NCBI RefSeq assembly: GCF_004010195.1
Contig: NC_057719.1
Location: forward strand, 82,469,417 to 82,531,416
DNA: 62,000 bases
Direction: 5' to 3'
Origin: Chiloscyllium plagiosum
Taxonomy: Eukaryota
Made by a program: the position numbers and the translations under genes. This document shows positions 1-11,383 of the stretch, in pieces. Each line of letters starts with the position of its first letter. The stretch's first letter is position 1. The notes below the pieces were generated by a model. The model made no database searches and was not told the origin of the DNA. It saw nothing but the letters and a program-made list of their open reading frames with translations.

Positions 1-322
1 AGTTCGGTGGGGCAGGAGCATGCTGAGACAATGGGTCGGCCAGGTTGGTCAGGCTTGTGGATCTTGGGAAGGAGGTAGAACCGGGCAGTGCGGGGTTCCC
101 GGACTATGAGGTTGGAAGCTGTGGGTGGGAGATTTCCTGAGGTGATGAGGTTCTGTATGGTCTGGGAGATAATGGGGGGTGGGGTCATGGTTGAGGGGGC
201 AGTAGGAAGAGGTGTCCTCGCGTTGGCGTTTGGCTTCAGCGGTGTAGAGGTCAGTGCGCCAGACTACCACTGCGCCCCCTTTATCCGCTGGCTTAATGGT
301 GAGGTTGGGATTAGAGCAGATG
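1..322 (-). mobile_element. Penelope-like retroelement RT fragment (frameshifted)
   Basis: ORF 49-327(-) contains NPNLTIKPADKGGAVVVWRTDLY, the KPADKG motif typical of Penelope RTs; runs off the window start. Confidence 0.8.
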
Positions 323-1394
323 CTCATGCTAAATTGACTGCATTGATACTGCTGATATCACACACCATCAGTGGGGGAAGGGAGAGGGAAACAAATAGTT
401 CTACTCTAGCTTTCAGAGGGAGCAGCTTTAAATGTACCAGTTCCCTAAGGGCCTAGTAAATATTCCTGACCAAATGTTGTTGTATTTATTACTATCATAC
501 AATAAACTTGTAGATTGGGCTAAGACAAAGTAAACACAAAGGAGGATTAGTGAACTACCTCAAACAATCCTTACCTAGTATCACACATTGGTAGAAGCAG
601 CAAACACCACAAGGTACCAGGAGCAGTATCTGAAAAAAAACCCCACATGATTACAACTGTGTGGATCTAACCACAATGGAAAGAAATCCCTTTGGAAAAA
701 AATGTCAAGCGAGCAAGTTAATCAAATTAAGAGCAGATTTGTTTTCAAAAAACCATGTCTAAAGCACAGAAGCAGTTTAAACATGATCTTTAACAGTCAT
801 GGAATCAACAAGAGGGCAAGTTCAGTACTGACAGAACAAAAATCAGTCAGAAGCTGGTAAGAAGCACTAAAGCAAAAGTATGCACTTAAATAACAGAGAA
901 AACAGCCCAACTTAAAGCATTACCTGAGTGAAGGAGGCTGTCTAAGGAGCAACTGAAGGCTGCAGGGCATAAAGTTAGAACTCCCTAAGGGAAAAAAACA
1001 AATAACTTTAAGAAAAATCTCTTCAGAACAAGAGGGCAACGGAAAGGAGAAGATAGTTCTCATGTTTTACAACAAGCATCACCACTTATGGTCCATGAGG
1101 CACAGCTGCAATCAGAGGTTAATCTGCCAGAAAAGAATTTTAGATCAGGTATGCTTCTGCTATTATTTAATCTGAAAATCAGCAAATCTATAGAAATCTA
1201 TTAAAATAACATGGCAGTCGCAAAAAAAGTGAAGAGAAGTAAGAATTTAAAAGGACTGAGACTCTAATTAAGCCACAATTTTGGTGGTAAGATTTCTAAA
1301 GGCCACAAACATAGAACCTATTAAAAATGTAGAAGAAAGTGCTTGGTGTTTTATACTTTGATGAGTAGAAAAATGTATGTGTTGCCTAAGGCTT

Positions 1395-1745
1395 TGGGGT
1401 GGGATGGTGGCTCAGTGGTTAGCACTGCTGCTTCACAGCACTAGGGATCTTAGTTCAGTTTCACCCTCAGATGATCATCTGTGTGGAGTTTTCACATCCT
1501 CCCCGTGTCTGCGTGGGTACTCTCTGGATACTCTGTTTCTTTTCTCACAGTTCAAAGATGTGCAGGATGGGTGGATTGGCCATGCTAAATTGCCCATAGT
1601 GTTCAGGGATATATAAGTTAGGTTGATAAGCCTATGGAAATGCAAGGTGATAGGGTGGGGAAATGGGGCAGGGTGGGTTGCTCTTCGGAGAGTAAGTGTG
1701 GACTTGTTGGGCTGAATGGCCTGTTTCCATATTGTGAATTCTATG
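1395..1745 (+). mobile_element. HE1-family tRNA-derived SINE (older, diverged copy)
   Basis: Head tggctcagtggttagcactgctgc, central gtgtggagtt...ggattggccatgctaaattgccc, and 3' ggcctgtttcca, shared with the other copies. Confidence 0.85.
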
Positions 1746-2249
1746 AAAAAAAGGTGGAAATTCCACCTTGGCTGTAGAGAATGGAAAAATCTTAGAAAAA
1801 GCATGTAGCCACTATTTTAGTCATCTTTAAAATGTGGGAAACTCAAGCAAACAGCAGTACAGATGCAAGAAACCAGATTTAAAAAGCTTGAAAACAGTGA
1901 AGCACTACAGAACTGCCAGTAATACACTTTAAAGCCTTATTGAAGAATTCAATACAGTATTACAGAAGCACAGAATTACAAAGATTGGCAAATAAACATT
2001 ACTGTGAGACAGAAGATAGCAAGCCCTACTGTCATTCAATTTAAACCAACATTGATAAATTAACAATAACACCTTTAAAATAATATTAAAAGTATACCAA
2101 TCTAAATATACTTTTAAAGTAATAAGATTAATTAACACATTAATCAGAAATGAAAAAAAAAGGATATGGTACTTCCTAACACATTCAAGATTAGCTAAGG
2201 ACTACACAGAACACAAGATTGGATTTCATGGAAGTGTCAGTTCTTAAGC

Positions 2250-3481
2250 TACACCATTGCCTCAAGCCCAAACATTAAAACTGAAGCTAATCATGTTAAT
2301 GTTCCAATAAGTGTTGTTAAGAGATAAAACATCAAAGGGAGATCATCATCAAAGCCTTTGATAATTGCTTCAATTTAAGAACAATAAAATTATTGAATGA
2401 ACAATAATTAACAGAAGAATTTCCACTTCCAGGGAAATCCAGTGACAGTTTAGTTGATGAGCTTCTACAGATTTGAGATAAGCTATACTTGTGGAACTTT
2501 GAAAACAAAATTTGTAAGAGGCAAAATAGTTGTCAGAATTTTTGATGCAACTTTATCAGTCTTCTCGCAGTCCAAAGGAGGTTTAGCTTTGGAGAAAACT
2601 AATCATATTGTACTCGAAGTAGAAACCAGAATGATTTAAAGACAGATTCAGAGAGGAGAACACCAACACATTCTCAAAGAGTCTATGCACTTTAGATGGT
2701 GAATATACTCTAGAGAAGCATGTGTCAAGCCTACCTAGGGCACAAGTCAGATACCAGATGCAAGAAAAAGCATCAGGACTGCAAGACAACAAGGCCCTAT
2801 AGGCACGGACAAAATCCAAAACCACCAATAAGGAATGCTGCAGTTTTAAAACTGTAGGTTACCTCCAGAAGTTTTTGCAGAAGAAAGTCACAGTTTCAGA
2901 ACAGTAGATATGCTGGCAGGCACACGTGTTGAGCCTACACAGTAAAACACAGCACCATTAGAAAAGATAACTACATTTGATGAGAAGCCTCCATTGGAGA
3001 AAAAAATATGAGTCATACCTAAGAGAACTAGCTAATTCAGACAAGCTACAAGAGACTGAAATTGACTGGGTCAATGGACATCCTGGAGATTTTTGCTTGA
3101 TACAGGAGCAAGTGTTACTATCCTACCAGCCCAGTCACCATGGCTGAAGAAGCAGAAATTACAGCACACAGAGGTAAGACTACATGGTGCAGGTGGAGCA
3201 ACTGTCAGAAACATAGGAATGTTACAAGTTACACTGCAACACAACATAAAAGATAGTTGAAAATGTGCAGGTTGTTCAATTAGAAACTGAGCCTACAGTC
3301 ATGTCTCAACTGCAATCTCATCAAACTAATTGGAGGAGGTTGACAAGCTCCCAAAGAACAACTGGTCCAGAGCAAACTGCTTCCAAGGACAAACCACTTT
3401 TGACCAAGCATTAACTGACACCAATGTAATGGGTTTCCCAGACTGATAGCAGAATACAAACAGATGAAAGAATCAAGTGAG
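2250..3481 (+). mobile_element. Degenerate LTR retrotransposon (Gypsy-like) gag/aspartic protease relic
   Basis: ~3090 reads FLLDTGASVTIL (D-T-G protease motif) followed by LHGAGG; upstream gag-like KFVRGKIVV...LALEK; many stops. Boundaries approximate. Confidence 0.65.
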
Positions 3482-6335
3482 TTTTTTTTAATTTCACAAA
3501 TAAACTTTATTCATAAAGTTATTTGGATCCCTTTACAATTGGTCATGCCATTCTTGTGCACACATTACATTGCTTTACATACAGACATCAAAATTTATTT
3601 TTCTTATATACAAGTCTGTACATTTACTATCCAGCTCTGCTGCTGAGGCGTCAGCGGAGCCCACTTACTGCGTGGGTCCCCTGTTCTTCTTAGGCAGGCA
3701 GATGTTAAATGGTGGTCTTTCCCCACTGCTCCTTGGCGGCAGCTGCCCCAAGCTTCAGTGCGTCCCTCAACACGTAGTCCTAGACCTTGGAATGTGCCAG
3801 TCTGCAACACTCAGTCGGGGTCAACTCCTTCAGCTGGAAGATCAACAGGTTTCAGACCGCCCAGAGAGCGTCCTTCACCGAGTTGATGATCCTCCAGGCA
3901 CAGTTGATGTTCGTCTCGGTGTGTGTCCCGGGGAACAGGCCGTAGAGCACGGCGTCCTGCGTCACGACGCTGCTCGGAACAAACCTCAATAACCACCACT
4001 GCATTCCTCTCCAGACTTCTTCTGCATAGGCACATTCCAGAAGGAGGTGTGTGACAGTCTTGTGCCCCCCGCAGCTGCTTCGAGGGCAGCGTGCGACCGC
4101 TCGGTAGGATCCGCCCTCTCCTTTTCCCGAAGGGTCTCAAGGACACTATGTGCTGACCACTTCCTGATGGACTTGTGGTCAAAGGTGTTTTTCTTCATAA
4201 ACTTCTCCACGAAGGACAGGTGATACGGAATGGTCCAACTACTTGGAGCTTCTGTGGCAGCGAGGCCAGGCCCATCCTTCGCCACACCGGGGACAGGTAG
4301 AACTTCAGTACGTAGTGACTCTTGGTGTTTGAGTACCGGGGATCCACGCACAGCTTGATGCAGCCACACACAAAGGTGGCCATCAGGGTGAGGGTGGCAT
4401 TGGGTGTGTTTCTTCCCCTGTTGTCCAGATCTTTATACAATGAGTCCCTTCGGACCCGGTCCATCTTTGATCTCCATATAAATTGGAAGATAGCCCATGT
4501 GACTGCAGTGGCACAGGTTCTGGGAATAGGCCAGACCTGTGTCACGTATAACAGCACTGACAGTGCCTCACACCTGATGACCAGGTTTTTACCAGCGATG
4601 GAGAGCGACCGTAACTTCCATCTGCCCAGTTTCTGCCTCACTTTCTTGATACACTCCCCCCAAGACTTGGTGCACGCCCCAGCCCTCTCGTTCCAAATAC
4701 CCAGCACATTTAGGTGGTCGGTCCTGACAGTGAAGGGGATGGAGGATTGGTCGGGCCAGTTCCCGAAGAGCAAGGCCTCGCTCTTGCCTCGGTTTACCTT
4801 GGACCCCCGAGGACCGTTCGAACTGGTCACATATGCACATCAGTCTGTGCACAGACAGCGGATCCGAGCAGAAAGCGGCGACATCATCCATGTACAGGGA
4901 GGCCTTAACCTGTAGGCCCCCGCTACCAGGAATAGTCACCCCTCTCAGGCTCGCATCCTTCCTGATGGACTTGGCAAATGGCTCTATGCAGCACACAAAC
5001 AAGGCAGGAGAGAGAGGGCAGCCCTGCCTGACTCCAAATCTGACTGGGAAGCTATCTGATTCCCACCCATTGATTGAGACTGCACTGACAATGTTGGTGT
5101 AGAGCAGTCTGATCCATTTGCAGATTCCCTCCCCAAAGCCCATTTTGGAGAGAACATCTCTCATATACCTGTGTGATATCCTGTCAAAGGCTTTCTCCTG
5201 GTCCAGGCTGATGAGGCAGGTGTCCAACCCTCTGTTCTGCATGTGGGCGATCGTATCCTGAGGAGTGCGAGACTCTTAGCGATCTTCCTGCCCGGTGCAG
5301 CACAGGTTTGGTCAGGGTGGCGATAACCTTTGACAAAATTTTTTAAACTGCATTCAATAGTGAGATTGGTCTTCAATTCCTGATTTCCTCCTTCCTCCCC
5401 CTTCTGCTTGAAGATGAGGGTAATGATGCCTTTCCTCATGGATTCACTCATGGTTCCTGCCAGAAGCATACTGACATACACCTCCAGCAGGTCCTGGCCA
5501 ATCAAGTCCCACAGAGCGGAATAGAGCTCGACCATAAGCCGTTGCTTCTGGGGTTTTATTCTTTTCGAAGGACTCGAGGGCCTTGGTCAGCTCGTCCAGA
5601 GATAGTGGTCCAGCCTCTCCCGTGTTCTGTCGTCTAAGACCTCCGTGATAGAGGACAGGAACGACTGGAAGGCCGCGCTATCGGTTGGCTTCGAGTCATA
5701 CAGACTGGCATAGAAGGATTTACTGATCCTTATGACGTCAGCCTAAGATGACGTTATCGAGCCATCTTCTTCCTTCAGGCTGCTGAGCACGGAGCTCTCT
5801 TTGTGCACCTTCTGGAAGACGAAACGTGAGCACGTCTCGTTCTGCTCCACCGAGCGGACCCTGGATGGGAAGATAATCTTGGAGGCCTCTGAGGCAAAGA
5901 GTGATGCTTGCTGGCCCTTCACCTCCTTGAGGTCCTCCGTGATATCGACCCCCATCGTCTGCAGCAGGAGCAGGTTCTGCATACTTTCCTGGAGCTGGGA
6001 CAGTTTCCCCACCTTTGAGGATGAAGAACCTCTTGATGTTCCCTTTTACTGTTTCCTACCATCTGCTGGGGACTCAAAGAGGGGCTTCACAGTTCTCCAA
6101 CCTACGTAACCCCTCTTGAGCTCCTCAATGTTTCCCGGGGTCAACAGCTTTGTGTTTAGCTTCCACGTTCCCTTACCAGCCCGTTGCTCGTCCTGTAGGT
6201 GACAGTCGGCCAGCAGGAGGCAGTGGTCAGAAAAGAACACCGGCTTGACGTCAGTGGATCTGACCAAGAGCGCTCGGGACACAAACAGGTAATCTATCCT
6301 TGAGCAGATAGACCCATCTGCCCGTGACCAGGTGT
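3482..6335 (-). mobile_element. 5'-truncated Tx1/L1-clade non-LTR retrotransposon (APE end, RT, C-terminal Cys/His region), frameshifted
   Basis: Minus-strand ORFs give RIDYLFVS...FSDH (APE), LDQEKAFDRI, GVRQGCPLSP and YMDD (RT). T-run plus tttatt at 3482-3511 is the poly(A) tail and AATAAA. 10-bp TSD atcaagtgag at 3472-3481 and 6336-6345. Confidence 0.92.
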
Positions 6336-6345
6336 ATCAAGTGAG

Positions 6346-7035
6346 ATGTTACATTGGTATAAGAGAGCTGTTTGACTCTGTCAACATAGAGGTAGTCACA
6401 GACTTCACATGGGAAAAGGCACCAGCCTTTTCAAAGTGTCCAACTTTATGGTCCATCTTGTTGAATGCTCCATAATAGGCTTGGTGGCCAAGCACGAATC
6501 CCCCTCACTGTGCTGCTGCTGCTGCTGGAATGAAAGTTGCCCACTCTTTGGTGTCACTGACACCCTTGCCACTGGATGGATCTCACCAATGCAGATACCA
6601 CTGATGCCATTGGTACTGAATAGGCTGGGGCCTTTTCTCGTGTGAAGTCTGTGAGTTCCTCTATGTTGACAGAGTCAAACAGCTCTCATACCAATATGAC
6701 ATCTCACTTGATTCTTTCACTTGTTTGTATTCTGCTATCAGTCTGGGGAACCCATTACATTGGTGTCAGTTAATTGCTTGGTCAAAAGTGGTTTGTCCTT
6801 GGAAGCAGTTTGCTCTGGACCAGTTGTTCTTTGGGAGCTTGTCAATCTCCTCCAACTAGTATGATGAAGTTGCGGTCAAGACATGACTGCAGGTTCAGTT
6901 TTCTAACTGATACAGGAGCAAGTGTTACTATCCTATCAGACCAGTTACCACGGCTGAAGAAGCAGGAATTACAGCATACAGAGGTAAGACTACATGGTGC
7001 AGGTGGATCACCTGTCAGAAGTATAGGAATGTACA
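6346..7035. mobile_element. Rearranged duplicate of the Gypsy-like relic (inverted segment plus direct protease segment)
   Basis: ~6620-6905 is the reverse complement of ~3283-3481 joined to 6346-6428; 6908-7032 directly repeats 3098-3222 (TDTGASVTIL...LHGAGG). Confidence 0.8.
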
Positions 7036-7039
7036 AACT

Positions 7040-7470
7040 CAACTCCGCTGCCGCCATGAGTCCGTGTTAGGCCCACCTAGCGGATGACGCTGCTGCTGAT
7101 GCTACTGGATCTCTTACTGGGCTCAAACTCACCTTCAGCTGCTGCCTCCATGAATCTGTGCTGGAAGCAGAAGCCACTGGGAACCCAAACTTTTCTCCTC
7201 TTCCTCCACAGCAGCAGCAGCGGCCATGACTTGGCACTAGGACTGCCTCGATGATGTAGAAGCTGTGGTGAACCCAACCCTGCCTCTGTCGCCGCCACCA
7301 TTAGTCTGTGCTGCTGGGCCTATTCGAGTCCATGATGTTGGGCCTACCCGCCATCACCGAATTTGTCACTGCGAGAAAAATAACGAGAGAAGCGTGAAAC
7401 AAAAGAGAATAAAAGCAGATGGAGCGGACAAGCCCAGGGCTCAGAAGTCGTACTCACTGCCATCTTACTT
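7040..7470 (-). repeat. GC-rich non-autonomous retroelement-like fragment (AAGATGGC-headed family)
   Basis: Minus strand starts aagatggcag, then a pyrimidine tract and a GC-rich body; same layout as 8470-8950 and 12210-13097. Confidence 0.4.
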
Positions 7471-7854
7471 CCATGAAGAATATCAGAGAGATAAAAGATC
7501 CTACAGCAGAGAAATGATGCACAGATTAGAACGGATCAGCAGTCCTCAAGGGAAAGAGTCTGAAGAAAGTGAATTCTGAGAAAAGTATAAAATGTCCTTA
7601 CTGCCTATTTTTGAGAAGTCAGAGACAGTGAGGTAAGGTATTGGCTTTGTGTTTATTTTTTTATACTTACATACACAATTATATAATGGGTTAACTATTG
7701 GGATATAAACTTGGAGGCGGGGTGAAGATGTATGGTTCTGAAGGTGTTAATTGGCACCACTCCCTCTACTGATGTCAGATACAATCTGATGTGGGGATGC
7801 ATGCTAGCTTTCAGAGGTAAGGCCAAGTAACATGCAATAGATCTTCCACACAAA

Positions 7855-8105
7855 TGTTTCTGAGCTGTATCTATTTATCTAAAAACAATTCTCTCCACCA
7901 AGGTTGACAAGGCCCTTGACTGTATCCATTTTATTTCCCATACTTCTACTGTCAACCCATTCTACATTCCCCACCCCATCCAATGACCATGATATGGTTC
8001 CCCATATCCTTACTTTTCACTTAACCAGTAATCAACGTACCGTCCTCTGTCTTTTCTACCAGTGATCCCATCACTAAACACATCTTTTCTGACCCTCCCT
8101 TTTTG
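7855..8105 (+). mobile_element. Degenerate Penelope-like fragment
   Basis: Resembles the C-rich segment at 10370-10600 of the larger Penelope relic. Confidence 0.45.
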
Positions 8106-8469
8106 GAGTTGGTAGCGGGATTTTGGTGCACTTACTTGTCATGGTTTGTGTAAACATTCTCCCGTAATTTAAATCAAGTAATTCATTAAAAGTCCAAAAA
8201 CAGACTGTACACAAAGGATATAAGAGATTAGGGTAAATGGACAGGTTGCAGATTTGAGAAGATACATTTTGTGCCATGTGGGCATTCCAGGATGCTTCTC
8301 ATGCCCTGAACAATGATACGTGCAGGAAAGATGATTTTGGTAATGACTTATTTCACTTATACTCTACAATACATAACACGGTGAAAAGCTTCAACTGTTG
8401 CCACAATCCAGCATCATTTGAATACTCCAAGAATAAAAAGATAAAGCTGAAAGAAAGTCCACCTCTGCT

Positions 8470-8950
8470 CTGCTGCCTCCGCAATGTGCCCCAAGCCCTG
8501 AGCCGGCTGACCAACAACAACCGTGCCGTAACCACCAACATCATAGTCACCACTCTTCAGGCACCATCTCTTTGTCAGTGGACCCACCTTACTGACAAGT
8601 CACCAATGCCAGGTCCCATGCTGGACCCACACTCGCCCCGCAACCAGGACTCCCCAGCTTCACTACCACCATTGCCTTGACAACAACAAATGACCCCAAC
8701 TCCAGGCTGCCACAACCAGGAACTGCCGCCACCGCCATGTCAATAACCAGAACTTCCCGCACCAGGCCCACCACAACCAGGAGTCCCTTGCTTTGCTGCC
8801 AGGCCAGGCCATCACCTCGCTAAAGGTCCTACTCTGGCAGCTCCCCTCCTTGATGTCACCTTTTCCACTGCTACCAACAGGAAGAAGATGAAGAAAAAGA
8901 AAGAAGATAATAAGAGTAAGTCTGCCTGGAGCCTGAAAGCTGCTATCTTC
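8470..8950 (-). repeat. GC-rich non-autonomous retroelement-like fragment (AAGATGGC-headed family)
   Basis: Minus strand starts aagatagcag, then a CT-rich tract and a GC-rich body with repeated ca(a/c)aaccagga-like units. Confidence 0.35.
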
Positions 8951-8964
8951 CCAGTACCACTGTA

Positions 8965-9280
8965 AGATTAGATTAGATTACTTACAGTGTGGAAACAGGC
9001 CCTTCGGCCCAACAAGTCCACACCGCCCCACCGAAGCGCAACCTACCCATACCCCTACATCTACCCCTTACCTAACACTACGGGCAATTTGGCATGGCCA
9101 ATTCACCTGACCTGCACATCTTTGGACTGAGGGAGGAAACCGGAGCACCCGGAGGAAACCCACGCAGACACGGGGAGAATGTGCAAACTCCACACAGTCA
9201 GTCGTCTCAGGCGGGAATTGAACCCGGGTCTCTGGCGCTGTGAGGCAGCAGTGCTAACCACTGTGCCACTGTGCCGCCCA
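8965..9280 (-). mobile_element. HE1 SINE, young full-length copy
   Basis: (GATTA)n tail, A-box tggcacagtgg and B-box ggttcaattccc on the minus strand; near-identical to the 58637 and 60527 copies. Confidence 0.93.
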
Positions 9281-9288
9281 CAAATGTA

Positions 9289-9406
9289 GAAGGGCTTATG
9301 CCCGAAACGTCGATTCTCCTGCTCCTTGGATGCTGCCTGACCTGCTGCGCTTTTCCAGCAACACATTTTCAGCTCTGATCTCTAGCATCTGCAGTCCTCA
9401 CTTTCT
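9289..9406 (+). mobile_element. Penelope-derived mini-element (pseudo-LTR end) starting within a hammerhead motif
   Basis: gaagggcttatgcccgaaacgtcgattctcc...ctttctcc; recurs at 18377, 35708 and 43150. Confidence 0.75.
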
Positions 9407-9774
9407 CCCAGTACCACTACCTTACATTTTTGTTGTGAAGGGGAGGAACTCAGACTCCAAGTTTCAGAGTTTGAGCAGCATTTGGCAGTGCTACAATATA
9501 TTGTGAGGCAATATGAGAGCTATGTGGATAGCATGCTTCTGAAAGCAGTAGTCTAAAATAAGTAGATAGCAAGAGATGTGGCTGTTCTTCCAGCAGAATG
9601 GAGCAGCAGGCAGGTATGGCAGGAGTCCTTTGAGTATGTCTCACTTTATAAAAGAAATTTGATTCTGAAATGGTCCAGGTTGGATGTCAATGCAGTGTAA
9701 AGGGTTACTATGTGTATGTTAACAAGATAATCGACATCAACTTTGGGAAGAGATAAAGTACTACATAACTGCTA

Positions 9775-9997
9775 GTGTCTGCGTCATTCTCCCCGCGTCA
9801 GCATGGGTTTCCTCCGGGTGCTTTGGTTTCCTCCCACAATCCAAAGATGTGCAGGTCAGGTGAATTGGCCATGCTGTTCAGGGATAAATATAGAGTAATA
9901 GGGTAGGGTAATGGGTCTGGATGGGTTACTCTACAGAGGGTCGGTGTGGACTTCTTGGGCCAAATGGCCTGTATCCACATTGTAGAGGGTTCTATGA
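9775..9997 (+). mobile_element. HE1 SINE, 5'-truncated
   Basis: Central and 3' domains (cattctcccc...caggtgaattggccatgc...ggtcggtgtggac). Confidence 0.8.
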
Positions 9998-10893
9998 GAT
10001 AGCTCTCTTGAGGCAGTAGCATAGTAGAGATAAAGTCATGTTTTATACATATTTTGTGTTTGAATAATTCTTTATGAACACCAGACAACAGCACCACCCT
10101 TGTCAGCAGGCTTGACTACAAAGTCAGGATTGAATTTAAGAGCACAGAGTGCAGACAATTCAGAGGGAGATAGATTCAAATGAGTGATGGGGGTCAGAGA
10201 ACGTAAAGTGTCTAATGTCCACTACAAACCCACCAACCCTCACAGTTAGCTTGACTCTATATCCTCACTCCCTACATCCTGTAAAAACTCTATTCCATTC
10301 TCCCAGTTTATCCATATCTGCCGCATCAATTCCGATACTGCCAGATTCTATAAGGGGGCCTCAGCAGAAGATTCACCACCACCATGATTAACAGGGCCCT
10401 ACCCATGTCTGACCCATTTCCTACACTTCAGCCTCATTCTTTCTCTTCTCTCCGACAACAGTAATGGGACTGCAACCCCCAGTCCTCACTCACCACCTCA
10501 CTAGTCTCCTCACCCAATGGATCATTAACTGCCATTTCTGCAATCTTCAGCAGGATGCTAACCACCAGACCATATTCCCCTCCCTTATCAGCCTTCTGCA
10601 GGGACTGTATCGTCTGAGATATCCTAGTCCACTCCTTCTCCACTCCCAAAACCTCTCCCATTCCCAATACATCCTTTTAATACCATGGCACCTTCTCATG
10701 CAATCACACAAAGTCTAACACCTGATGTTTACTTCCTTCTTCCTCATTATCCAAGGCCCCAGACACACCTTCCAGGTGAAGCAGTGATTTACCTGCACCT
10801 CACTCTATCTAGTTTACTGTATCTGCTGCTCACATTGGGGTCTACTCTACACTGAGGAGTCAAAACACAGCCTTGGATGACTGGTTTGCAGAA

Positions 10894-11383
10894 TGATGTG
10901 GAGGTGCCAGTGTTGGACTGGGGTGGACAAAGTTAAAAGTCACACAACACCACATTATAGTCCAACTGGTTTATTTGGAAGTACAAGCTTTCGGAGTGCT
11001 GCTCCTTCGTCAGTTAGCTCGTGGGGCAGGATCATTGGAAACAGAATTTATAGTAAAAGATCAAAGTGTCATACAGCTGATGTGACGTATTGAACAAACC
11101 TCGATTACTGTTAAGTCTTAAACACTTAATCACTTGCAGGTTTCGGTTCATTAATGAATCCAAATCTGCAACCCATTCTAAGTGATTAACAACAGCAATA
11201 ACAACAGCAATCTAGGTTTGTTCATTACATTGCATCAGTTGTATGACACTTTGATCTTTTACTATAAATTCTGTGACTGTGATCCTACCCCGGTAGCTAC
11301 CTGACAAATTAGCAGTGCTCTGAAATTTTGTACTTCTAAATAAACCAATTGGACTATAACCTGGTACTGTGTGTTTTTTTAAC
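10894..11383. mobile_element. Fold-back Penelope-type mini-element with ~200-bp inverted arms
   Basis: ~10930-11115 is an imperfect reverse complement of ~11200-11383; flanked by ctggtttgcagaa (10881-10893) and ctggtttccagaa (11384-11396). Confidence 0.8.
10981..11016 (-). ncRNA. Minimal hammerhead ribozyme motif (Penelope-type), intact core
   Basis: Minus strand reads CUGACGA-A-GGAG(CAGCA)CUCC-GAAA-GCUU-GUAC: both conserved core boxes, 4-bp stem II, palindromic AGCU loop III. Confidence 0.7.

Noticed and set aside
7470..7640. Purine-rich stretch ending in GAG|GTAAGG as an exon of an upstream gene
   Set aside because: No acceptor, partner exons or recognisable homology; embedded in transposon debris.
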